Source: Mesotaenium endlicherianum
Taxonomy: Eukaryota
Direction of reading: 5' to 3'
Length of the DNA: 42,369 nt
Assembly (NCBI GenBank): GCA_009602735.1
Contig: WELA01000694.1
Coordinates: forward strand, 678,325 to 720,693
Shown here piece after piece: positions 11,556 to 22,979 of this stretch (position 1 is its first letter; each line of letters starts with the position of its first letter). The notes beneath the pieces are model-generated. The model was given only the letters and a program-made list of their open reading frames with translations. It did no database searches and was not told where the DNA came from. A program made the translations under genes and the position numbers.

Positions 11556-14500
11556 ATGACAAGCAGTTTCGGGTCATCAAACTCGTGTCATCGATGTGGA
11601 CGAGGTGGACACATAGCTCGAGAGTGTAGTATCCAGACGTGCTTCCGCTGCAATGGGTATACTGCTGCCCTCACTTTCGAACTTCACCTGACATGGTTGC
11701 CTCTGGTTTTGGTTGGCATCTCCTCTGCCTGTATAAGGGAAATTTCGCGTATAAGGATTCCCAATGACCAACGGTGTGAAACTTCTGCCCATCTCCGGTT
11801 GATGAGCACCCCATAGTGACTCCTCTGCAAGTACCTGCCTTCCTTTTTACTAAGTATCCTTGTTATCAATCCATGAAACTTGTGCATGCGTTGGGTTCAT
11901 GGTTGTGAAACAAGCACGAGGAAGTTTGGATCTTGTTATGATGTACACTACACCCATGGTAGACTTATCTTGAACAGCAGAAAAGCGTCAAACCGCAATT
12001 CCCACTTGGGGTCCTCCCCATGACGTACTCCGTTGGTAAGAATAATCAAAGCCACGAAAACGTTATGCAGAAGTGAGCCTGTTCACACATGTGAGCAAGC
12101 AGGCTTGACGCCGCATGTGAGAGATAACAGATTTGGTCACAACAGGAGTTTAGGGTTCGCCTCACAACAGCTCTTGGACCCCACAGTCGAGGGGCGCATC
12201 CCTAAACCAAGACTGTCTGGAGGATTGCCCATGTACTGGAGTCTGCTTGACCTAGCACAAGCTTGTGTAGGATGCGAGTTTTGGCCAACCCCACTTCCCC
12301 TTAGTGCGACACATGGTACATGCCAGAGTATTTGAAGCACGTGAAATGTGTGTACTAGACAGATGAGGCAGTAGGTACACATGCAAAAGATCCTGGCCAG
12401 GGAGCAGGATGCCCTGACGTACAAAGCTCGATGATTAAGGCATGTTGATGGTATCCCAGTCACTATGCTGGTCACTATCTCTAGTAAACTTAACAATGGT
12501 TTCAGTAGGACAGCCCGCTAGCACTTTCATCAGTAAAAGTAGCTCCTCACCCTGCCCTCTTCCCCCCTTTCCACAACTCTTTATGAAGGAGATGCAGATA
12601 TGCCAGCAGAGAATCAAACTTTTCGCCCAAATAGATGCACAAATCTGCTACATGTGTTTGTGACTCTGCTGTCGATGGCTGCCAATATGAGTCAACAATT
12701 GAAGATCACAATTTCCATCAAATTGTATGCGTTGCTCCCCTCCACAACGATGACTTCCTCGTCTTGATACTATGCTGACTGTCGCTCATGGAGATGGTGT
12801 ACTTGTGGTATATCTTGGGCTGACGGTACCTGTGTGGTACTCATGTGGTGAAATCAGGAGAGGCCACATGGCATGGGAGTGCGCTGAGGGCGTCAAGTGC
12901 TCGAGCTGCGGAGAGATGGGACACTTGCAACGCAACTGCAAGAATGTCGCATGCCACAAGTCAGTGCTCTCTCTGTCCCTCTCTCTCCCTCTCTCTCCCT
13001 CTCTCTCTCCCTCTCTTTCACACTCACGCACTCAGAACAGGCACGCTCATTCTCCCCCCTTCTTCCTCCATGTGTTAATATTTGTGCTTATAGGCATGCG
13101 TGTGGGCGTGTGTGCCTGGGCATGTGTCTGTGTTTCGCACGCTTGTGTGTCTGTGTGATTACGCTGTTGCTGCCGCGCCTGGCTGTTGGTGCGGCTAGAC
13201 CACTTCACAAGGGCACGTGGAGCCAGCAGCCAAACACACATGCGCAAGTGGCCGATGCTGCACGTGCTAGCTTTGCCCATTTGGGGCTTTTCAACTCTCT
13301 TCTTTGCCGATTAAGACCTCCTGGGGATGCATGAGGTGGCTGCTGAGGCAAGCAGGCACTTTTGCCCTAGACGTGTTCACATGTTTCACTGGGTCTATGC
13401 TGTTAGTGTGGGCCTGTCTGTGGTTGGCATGCGCCCCCGCTGTTGAGCTGTTGGTAGAAGGGGGGGGGGGGGGGGGGGTGTGGTCAGTGCTTGATACTCG
13501 AGGCAGCCTTGCCCGTCGTTCTCCTTCTCAGCCTTTCCACGTCACTCACTCCCTGGGTTGTGGCTCGCCTGTCCCTCCATAGGTGCGGCCGCAAGGGCCA
13601 CATCTCGAGGTTTTGCTCCGACCCCTTCGCTCGGGTAAGCCCGTCGTCTCTCTCTGCCTGTCTGTCTGTGCTTGAGCTGGTAGATTCTGCCCGTGCATGC
13701 GTAGCACCATCTTGCGCATTCCGTGACTCCTGCCATTCCTGTTTTTTTTTGTTGGGTCTCGACTTCATTTCCCGAACTTACCATCAAAAACTGTCTGTGT
13801 TTGCTTATCTGAATGCTGCATCATACTCCTTGTCAGGTAGCATAGTCCTTATAGCTCTGCCCCAGCCTTATCGGACCTGCCGGGTCGCCTTCATCCTCTC
13901 TTCCCTGCCCACCCAGCTCTGCACTAAAGCCCTGCTTGGTACCCTTGCCCTTTCTCGGCAGCTTGAGCTAGCGCCTGAGGTAGCACTGTAGCATCTCCTT
14001 GATCTAAAAAATTGGGCCAAAACTGAAGTCAGAGCCGGTGGTGTTCTGTGAGAGCGGACTTTGTAGTGCGGGGGCAAGCCTCTTTGCCGCTCTGGCCTGC
14101 TGCAGGAGGTTTGTGCCGGCGGCAGTGGAGGAGCTCTCGAGCTCGTTTGCATGTCAGTCGCCGCTCTTGCCGTGTGCTGTGAGCGAGGCCTCTGGCCTCT
14201 CCCGGGATGTCTTCAACTTGCCCACACGTATCGTGGGCGTGTCCTCGTTCCGCAATGACTGCTGTTGTCTCTGCCCAGCCTCTCTTGTCTTCTGGTGAAA
14301 CGTCATCGCCCCCAAAGTGAGCCTCGGTCTCTGGTCTCTGCAAGCCTTGGGGACCAGCCCTGGCTCACCTGGCCCATTAAATTGCCGGGAGCACCCCCCC
14401 GATTATTCAGGAATGGAGCTGGGTGCACGACATCTGACTTGGAGGAAGCTCGCCAAACAGCAAGCCTGCAGGGGGTGACAATTGTGGCCGCGGTATCTGT

Positions 14501-15085
14501 CGCTTCCCGCGCACTCCTTGTTGTCCCTGTCGAGAAACTATGGTGAGCAAGGGGTTTGTGCGCAAGGGCTGGCTGGCACGCTGGGGGGCTGGCAGCCGGC
14601 GCGAATGAGCTCGATTAGGCCCAGGAACGGTGATTGGCATGCGTGCTAAGAGAGACGCTTGGAACGTGCGGCGTGCAGGCAGCGGAGATAGAGAAGCAGG
14701 AGCGCGAGAGGGCAATACGACTGGCGCGCTTCAACGACGGCCCCATTCTGTCGCTCGGCAGCCGCGGAGGTGACAATTACAGGGGGCACAGCTCGTCCGG
14801 AGGGGGCTGGGGGGGGGATTATGGGAGTGGACTGCACAGTGGGGGCGCGAAGCCAGACTTGTCCGCAAAGGGCGCCCTCGCGTCCTGGGGGGGGAAGAAG
14901 GACCCGGGTGTGAACGGAGCCCAGCACGCCCTCCTGGCCCAGAGGATCCGGGTTGTGAGTAAGAAGAGGAGTGGGATGGAGGGCGTGGCTGCTGGCCAGG
15001 TAGCGGGAAGGACTGCTGCTACTGCCGCTGCCACTGCCGCTGCCAGCAGTAAGAAAGCTAAGGCATCTCCTGCAGGTGAGGGCGA

Positions 15086-15118
<33 letters not shown>

Positions 15119-16445
15119 GGCTGCAGCAGCGGCGTTGGAAGCGGTGGCGGCAGGTGCTGCTGAGCAGCAAGGCGCGTGGCAGGGGCTGTGCGGGTACGGG
15201 TCTGGGTCCGACGAGGACGACAGCGAGGCCGAGGGGGAGGAGAAGAATGGAAAGGTTGCGGCAGAAGAGCTCCCTGTAGCAGTGGAAGAGTGCAGGAAAA
15301 ATGGGGGAGAGGAGGCAGCGACGTCCTGCGAGCCGGAAAGGGAGCGTGAGGGCGAGGCGACGCGCGCTGCTGCTGCTGGGGGAGCCCATGCCGGCAGAGA
15401 GGAGGAGGAGCAAGCGGGCGAGGCTGCTACTACTGCTGTTGTCGCCGCTGCATCTGCCTCTGCCCCCCCCGCTTCACAGACAGATCGTGCAGCCTCCCGG
15501 CAGGAAGGCAGGCCCGCTGCCAACGATGCTCCGAGTGAAGATGCCCACGAGAAGAGAGGGGAGGAGGCCAGCAGCACCCTCCGCAAGGGGGGCGACGCAG
15601 GCGCACCCGCGAAGGAAACCGGCGCGGCTCCAGGTGAGCATTGTGAAGTGCACAAGAAAGGGAGTGGGGAAGGGTCTGGCAGAGGGGCGAGGAGTGGGGG
15701 TCCTCGGTCTCCCGGCGAGCGCAGCGCTGACTCAGGGGCGTGTGTGCAGATGGAGGGCGAGGGCGTGCGCAAGGAAGAGGAGGAGGAAGGGCCAGAACAC
15801 GGTCCCAGTCTCGGAGGAGCCTGCCCTAGTGCTGCAGCCCCGACCCCAGAATCAGACCCAGGCACAAAGACACATGCAGTGCGTGTCACCAGCCACGGCA
15901 GCCTTCTTCTGGCAGAAGCCCATAGCCGTGGCCTGCTCAACCTGAGCGAAGGAGGGGCTCTTCTGATGTATGGTCCTCTTTCTGCGGACGAATCTTTGCG
16001 GGCCCGATTGGCGGAGTTGAGGCGTGCAGGCTCCAGAGGTTTGTGCGACTTGGGCAAGCAGTGTGCTGAAGAGACCCATGCGAGCAAGGCTTCTGTCAGG
16101 GATGCGCTGCCCGAAAGTCGTGGAGCGCTTGACACTCCTATTCGACAGCCGGACTGCATGAGCCCCGATGCTTCTCTTGAAAAAGAAGAGGACAGAGCCA
16201 GGGAATTGAGTATCGGGCTAGAATTAGAGGATCTAGAGTTTGTAGAGTACTCGATGCCATTTGATGAGGTTGCTGAGCTTCATGCTCCACTTATACTGGA
16301 TAAAGATGCCATCAAGAGTATCCGCATGACCGCTCTAAGAGCGCTTGCATTGCGAGGGCTAGCCCTGAAGAAGCTCGCAGCTAGCGCGGGGCAACATATG
16401 TGTGCCAGGAAAAATACTGACGAAAAGACGCAGGCTGGATGCTAA
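11556..16445 (+). CDS. Four-CCHC zinc-knuckle (CNBP/GIS2-like N-terminus) protein with a long low-complexity C-terminal region, about 673 aa
   Basis: Exons 11556-11656, 12858-12959, 13583-13634, 14679-16445 with consistent phases. Splicing assembles four CX2CX4HX4C knuckles: CHRCGRGGHIAREC, CFRCNGRGHMAWEC, CSSCGEMGHLQRNC, CHKCGRKGHISRFC. The last exon is the 603-aa ORF frame. Confidence 0.85.
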
Positions 16446-17430
16446 TAGTTTGATCTGCTAGGATTTGGTCATTATTGACCATCAGCCAGTCGCCTGCAAC
16501 CGCTTGCTCTTGCAGGCCAGCATGTTTCATGTGCAGGACCTCACCTTTTTATATGTAAAAAAAATTTATGAGCTGTCATTCCTAACGCGTCTGATTACAA
16601 GGTGGCCAAGTATTGTGATCGTAGAGCTATGGACCAAGACCTTACCTGTAATCCTCTTGAAAGAAAAAACTATTCGCCTTGGGTGCTTGTACAACAGATT
16701 GCCGTGCTTGCATCTGCATGTCCAGCTTTCTTCTTGCATAGACGGCACATGCTTTGTGCCCTAGTGACGTTCAGGCATGCTACCCACGGGGCCGAGCCAT
16801 GCAGCAATGAAGGCAGGCGGGGTAAAACAATTCTTAATAATATCTTGCAAGTTCACAGCATCAAAAGGCTGGCCAATACCAACCTGGATCACATTTTTTG
16901 AGCTAGAAAAAGCTTGCAGAATTCAGCTGCACAGAAGCTTCTTGTGTGAGAAGCAGTCAGGGAATTCGGCAACGATTCTATTAGTTGTTCATATAAGAGC
17001 CGAGCACAAAGGATCAGTAAAAGTGCCATACCATATGTGCACACCACCAATCCAATTATCTGCACCAGGCGGTGCAGGTAGAGTACAACCCCTCGGAACA
17101 TTAATGACCCATTATTCTGTCACCGGCGAAATACGCTGTGACATTTTCGCTCCCTTGGCACCTAGGGTAATGGTAGAGCATTAGATGCCGCAACTTTAAG
17201 CTGCCCCTACGATATGTACGATATGTAGAAATCTTTTAGCATGATGGATGTGAATCTACTTGACTGTGCCCTGCCTACGTGCCTTGCGCAATGTAATCAA
17301 GAATGAAGGTATCTTAGTGTGCTGCTGTAAAATATTGAAGAAGCATACTCCCGTATAGTACCTGTAGAAAGAATAAAGAATAGTCATAGATGCCATGTAC
17401 ACTCCTTCCCCCCCGTCTGCTGACGCCAGC

Positions 17431-19323
17431 CTACATGTAGCATTGGAAGCTCTTGCCGTTGTACGCAGCCGCCACAAGCCCTCTGCGGACTGCCTCCAGC
17501 ACGAGATGCCTGATCAGAATAGCGCCAAGCACAGCCAGACATTTGTCAGCAGGTGTTTTCTAATGCGACGGAATCCAGGCTGCTGCTTTGCCAGCACAGC
17601 AAAAGCATCGCACTGTCGGATGCAGAAACTCGTCAAAGCTTGTCAAGACGTAAAACTTCACTTTCTTGGAAAGATATGCTTCCTCGCTCTTTCTTCCCTA
17701 CTTATTTTCTCTTTCTCTTTAGAGACTTTGGCCAGTCGAGGCAAGAGCTGTATTGGGGAACCGATACAGCAAGGTGGCCGGGCCATACCCTGCAGCATCA
17801 ACTACATCAGGCTCGAAGGGTGCAATGGAACCAGCTGCTTAGGGTTTGTCCCGGATTGCCAAGAAGACACGCGCAGTGACCCACACCAAGAACATGCATG
17901 GAAGTTTCCACATACAGCTGGACCTCGGTTGAAAAAGTCGATCCTCTTTATAAAGCCTGTATGCTTGCTTCTCTTTTGGAGATGGGGCCCGGGTGCTGAG
18001 GGGTTTTTCTTTTCTTTGGGCGGGGGGGNNNNNNNNNNNNNNNNNNNNNNNNNNNNNNNNNNNNNNNNNNNNNNNNNNNNNNNNNNNNNNNNNNNNNNNN
18101 NNNNNNNNNNNNNNNNNNNNNNNNNNNNNNNNNNNNNNNNNNNNNNNNNNNNNNNNNNNNNNNNNNNNNNNNNNNNNNNNNNNNNNNNNNNNNNNNNNNN
18201 NNNNNNNNNNNNNNNNNNNNNNNNNNNNNNNNNNNNNNNNNNNNNNNNNNNNNNNNNNNNNNNNNNNNNNNNNNNNNNNNNNNNNNNNNNNNNNNNNNNN
18301 NNNNNNNNNNNNNNNNNNNNNNNNNNNNNNNNNNNNNNNNNNNNNNNNNNNNNNNNNNNNNNNNNNNNNNNNNNNNNNNNNNNNNNNNNNNNNNNNNNNN
18401 NNNNNNNNNNNNNNNNNNNNNNNNNNNNNNNNNNNNNNNNNNNNNNNNNNNNNNNNNNNNNNNNNNNNNNNNNNNNNNNNNNNNNNNNNNNNNNNNNNNN
18501 NNNNNNNNNNNNNNNNNNNNNNNNNNNNNNNNNNNNNNNNNNNNNNNNNNNNNNNNNNNNNNNNNNNNNNNNNNNNNNNNNNNNNNNNNNNNNNNNNNNN
18601 NNNNNNNNNNNNNNNNNNNNNNNNNNNNNNNNNNNNNNNNNNNNNNNNNNNNNNNNNNNNNNNNNNNNNNNNNNNNNNNNNNNNNNNNNNNNNNNGGGGT
18701 AATACCAGCAGGCGAGCGGGCGGGCGGGCGGGTGGGGCAGGCAAGCAGGGGGCCTTACTTGGGGAAGAACTTGACGACCATGAGGCCGACAAACTCAGTG
18801 TTGGAGAAGTCGACGTTGGGGAAGCGCTCGCGCAGCGCGGGGTCCCCCTTGAGCGCGCGCACGGCCACCTGGCGCACGCGCTGGCTGTGGCGCTCCACGT
18901 CGCCCAGCGTGGCCGTGCTGCGCGAGTCCAGGACCACGAGCTCGCGCGCGCCGCGCAGCCGCTCCACGACCCCGAACATGTTCACGTCCAGCGAGGGGGC
19001 CACGCTCATGCCCGCGGCCTTGGCGTGGCCGAGGCCGCCGTGGCGCGGCGCCGCCCGGGCCGCCGCCTCTTCCGCCGCCTCGCTGTACACAAAGCGCGGG
19101 AGCTCGCCGCCCGAGCCGAGAACGGCCACGGAGCCGCGGATGTGCTTGGCGTACGCCTTGAGGCCGCGCGCCCCCTGTCGGTCCTCCAGGTTCTGGAAGT
19201 AATGCGCCGACAGGCCCTCCTCCGGTGCAAACGATGGCGGCGGCTGCGGCGCAAACGGCAGCAGTGGCTGCAGCGGCTGCAGCGCCCGCTTCTCCTTCAG
19301 CATGTTGCACGCGCAGGAGCGGG
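17431..19323 (-). CDS. Putative PD-(D/E)XK (restriction-endonuclease-fold, DUF3782/CR-REase-like) protein with altered catalytic motif; 5' exons unresolved
   Basis: GC-rich exon ~19323-18759 (CAG acceptor; donor aa|GTAAGG) joins in phase to exon 17509-17431 (CAG|g cat ctc..atg TAG), giving ..LDVNMFGVV..ELVVLDSRSTATLGDVERHSQRV..FPNVDFSNTEFVGLMVVKFFPKHLVLEAVRRGLVAAAYNGKSFQCYM*. Candidate upstream exons lie near 19790-19913 and 20116-20298. An N gap lies in the last intron. Confidence 0.6.
18029..18695. other. Assembly gap (667 N)
   Basis: Run of N. Confidence 1.
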
Positions 19324-20565
19324 CTGCTGAGACTTGCTGAGCGGATGCAACTAAAGTGGGAGGAGCTATGGGACTGGGGTCACTCCTCTCTCTCTGCACG
19401 GGCTTCCCTCTCTGCACGGGCAGAAGCGCAGAAGACAGGCGCACAGCGGGTGTGTGTTCGTTGAGAATGAGATGACTGGTTCTTCGCTTTGAGTGTGAGG
19501 ACATGGGAGGAGGAGGCCAGAGGCTGGGGAAACATTATTCATGTAGAGGTAGTGACACCTATGCCCGAGATTTTGAGAACGCACGCACAGGCACGTCTAC
19601 CAACAGCAACAGGCCTTTGGAAGACGTTTGCAAGGAAAAGCGTGTGCACGATGCAGGCTGGCTGCAAAGACCCAAAAGTGGCCCTAGCCTCAGGCAGGCA
19701 GGCTCCCCGTGAAGGCCTAAGTATCTCCTGTCGATATTCCTCACAGTGCAAGCTGACTCCATCTAGCAAGATCTAAGTGGCCATGCCCACTGAATGCCAA
19801 CACATGCGCGATGGCATGCTTGATGTCTTGGTGCCAATGTTGGCGCATGCACACGAGCCCGGCCAGCCACAGGGTCCTGGAGTTCATTGCGAGGGTCACA
19901 ATGTTTTTGTACTCTGTTTAAGCTGCCTATTCTGTGTATGATCATGCATTGAAGCTTTTAGAGGACAGTAATTTTATCCATCGATAACCTAACGCCTTTC
20001 TAGTATGAGCGAGTCAGCAGTTCTCTACGACTTCAAAGACTATTTCCCATATGTATGCACGCAGGCCTCAGTGATTTTTTGTAATGGCAAAGCGTAAGAG
20101 CTTTTCGTCACGTCACCTTTGAGATACCAGTGACGTATGGCCATCTCGGTCGACGAAATAGATATTATGAATCATTCTGTAAGCCAGCCGCAGTCGTAAA
20201 CTGCCATTCTCGTAACCAACATACGCCGCTTCCAGTGGCGATCGGAAGCTGGTAGGTTGGTTGGGAGAGTACATTGGCTTATATATTGGGACCCACATAC
20301 ATATTAATCAGCTCCTCCAAAAGAGCAGAGTATTTGTCCCGCGTATGCTGTCTTCTTCACATTATGCAAGAGTGATGCAGTTACATTGTCGCATGACGAC
20401 CAATTTTTGGTCATGATCAACAGCAGGGAGTAATCAAACGGGATAGAAGAGCATATCAAGCCGACAGTATGTATGCTTACAGCGAGTGTGGAGTAAAGGT
20501 GGCCCGGAAATCAACACTCCAGAAGCCTGTCTGCCACAGGATATAAGCTAGAAAGTCTCCAGTCC

Positions 20566-22913
20566 TGTCATGTCCAAGTTAACATCAAGAAACAGAGGTA
20601 CGAATATGGTCTTTTTTTGTCTGGAAGACGAGGAAATACTACGATGCTCTATTGCTCCAACGGTTCAACGCATCATCCACAGTCAAGACTCAGTCCATCC
20701 AAACAAAAGCGACTGAGGAAGCAGATTAGAGGAAATTGAGCTGGCAACGACAGAATGCAGGCCACTGCAGCACCCCATGCTCCAGAGTCCGAAGTGCTCC
20801 AAAACGCTCCGAAGCATGCTCCGAAGTTCTCCAAAGCAGCTCCCCTGCAGCCTGCAGGACCCAGGCCCCTGACCTGGCCCCTGACGTGAAGTGGGGTCAA
20901 CTGTTGTTATCCAAGCCAGGGTGAGCCGGGCAAATTCGGGGGTCGATTGCAGCCGATTGCCCGACTTTGGCCCACTTTGGCCGACTTCGTCAAGCAAGGG
21001 GAAAACTAGCATGGGGCGTCGTGGGTTATCAGGAGTTTGGAACCACTTGGACCAGTGCGGGAACGTGAGGGACAACCAGAAGACAATAGACAGGTGCGAC
21101 GGGCGTCGGGGAATTGTCGAGAACTCCAAACTTGTTTCACCTGGAGTGACCTGGAGAGCTTGACAAATTTTTTCATCCTTATTAATTTTTATCCTCGTTT
21201 ATGACCTTCTCCGCATTGAAGCAACTCAGCAATGTCGTGCGGCGTGCCTGTGTGCGTCAGTGTGCGTCGGGGTCGGGAGTCCGGACCAGTCCAAACAATC
21301 GCTCGAGCCCTACCTACCGACAGGGACCAATCAATTTTGCACGCTTCAGTTCACAGTTCACCTTACCGTGGCAGATGTTGGTAATATCACCCATTCCCAC
21401 CGACCAGCTCGCATCATAGTACTTCTATCGTGATTAATAAGCTGTTGGACGGTGCGGCACGCGTGGTGGAAGTCACGGCGCCCTCAGATACTGATGGCCA
21501 ATGGTTGAAGCACCGACCAACCCAGCTGACACGTAAAAGTAAGCGTTGAACGCAAGTTGAGTCAGTCACGTGTGAGGTGTGACCACACCCAAACCCGGTC
21601 AAATCCGACACTTAGTAATGGGTGATGATTTGCCAAATACGTTGACCCCACGAAGGCTTGCAAAGGCCACGCTTGTAGCTGTTGAGTCAGGCAAAGTTGA
21701 AGCAAGGGCCACATGAGCGGATGCCAAGTCAGGCCACCTCAGCTATGGTCCATTGGTATCACTTTCACGATGACTACGCCACGAGATGTGTGGCCTCGAG
21801 ACCCACGTCAGCGTGGACAATGACTAAGAGGTTAAGCTGTCACACGTGATGTTTACGAGGCAAGCATGTATGTTATTTGTGACTCAACATAAATCAAGGG
21901 AAAGCTAATTCGAAGGTGCATGCATGCATGGTGCCTGGGTAAGGCACAAGCCTTGCACGCACTCCTCTCACTTTTCTCTCGCACATCGCCAGGAAAACGA
22001 AAGCAAGGAGGAGATAATGGAAGAAGGAAGAAGGTAGAGAAAGGCGTGAAGGAGAAGGAGTTCTCAAGGCCACAAGGAGCCCAAGAAGACACGCTTCTGC
22101 CAACGCTTAAAGATCAATACTTTTGTTCTCACGCTTTGTACCATAAGAAAATAGAATCGAGGAGTTCTCAAGAAGATATTTTTGTTTGAAGTTGGAAAGC
22201 TTGCAGATTAGATTTTTTAGTGCAAGATTCGAACGAGCACCAGAAGCGTACGCAAGGAACATAAATTGGTGAATTTTGCTTTAGTTTCCAAGTTTTCAAA
22301 AGTTGCGAACATCTAATTGGTGTTATGCAAGAGCGGAATCAATAAGAAACGCCATTAGTGAATAATTGCAGTGAAGAAGTGGCAGGCGAGGCTAAGAGCA
22401 AGAGGTTTGGCTAGACTAGCATAGTTACTGTAGATTTTGGACTTTTGTGAGCTTGTACTTTTGAAAGTAAAGCAAAAGCCCTTCTCGACAGTTTTCTTTG
22501 AATTTCGGTGATTTGTTATTCAATTGCTTCGTAGTGATTTCCGCAAACTAATTATTGATCAACTGTGAACCCTTCAACTCAAGCGAAGAGCCTGCTAAGA
22601 AGTAAATCTCTATTCCTTGTAAGGAGATCTAAGCAGTGTGTAACTTTTTGCAAAGTCTTTGTAACAAAGATCAAGCTGTGGACTTGGTGTGGAAACACTA
22701 GGAAACTCTAATATAGATAATGCCAGTTCAGGATGACCTGCAGATGGTCAGACGAGTGCAACCCGCCACCAACACACGTGCATAAGTCAATCCTGGTGGT
22801 GGACCAGGTTGACGACCCAGTGCAAAGGACCATTGGCAAGGTGATCACGGTGACGGCACACATGTTACCTACCATCACACGTGCTTGTGGTCTCGACACA
22901 GTTAGGCACGACA
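20566..22913. mobile_element. LTR-like non-coding block (possible solo or partial LTR of a retrotransposon)
   Basis: No credible ORF. GC-rich segment with short tandem ctccgaag repeats and many cacgtg/gccac motifs, then cataaat, a GA-rich stretch and a T-rich ttgta-rich stretch, ending in ..ggcacgaCA (22913). Inverted-terminus candidates are TGTCatgtcc (20566) and TGTCGTGC (21233, an 8/8 match). No TSD or PBS was found. Confidence 0.35.
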
Positions 22914-22979
22914 TAGCTAGCTTTTTGATAGTTACTTAAGAGCCAGATTGCCACCCAGCTTCAACACCACGTTATAGCA

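Noticed and set aside
11854..11861. GTATCCTT, a U12-type 5' splice-site motif
   Set aside because: It lies mid-intron with no in-frame exon upstream; the GT donor at 11657 already gives the correct knuckle frame.
14819..16159. 446-aa minus-strand ORF (also 14646-15413)
   Set aside because: Antisense shadow of the GC-rich terminal exon of the CCHC gene; low complexity, no motifs.
17395..19330. Long ORFs of 317-445 aa in the ORF track
   Set aside because: Their length comes from reading through the N gap.
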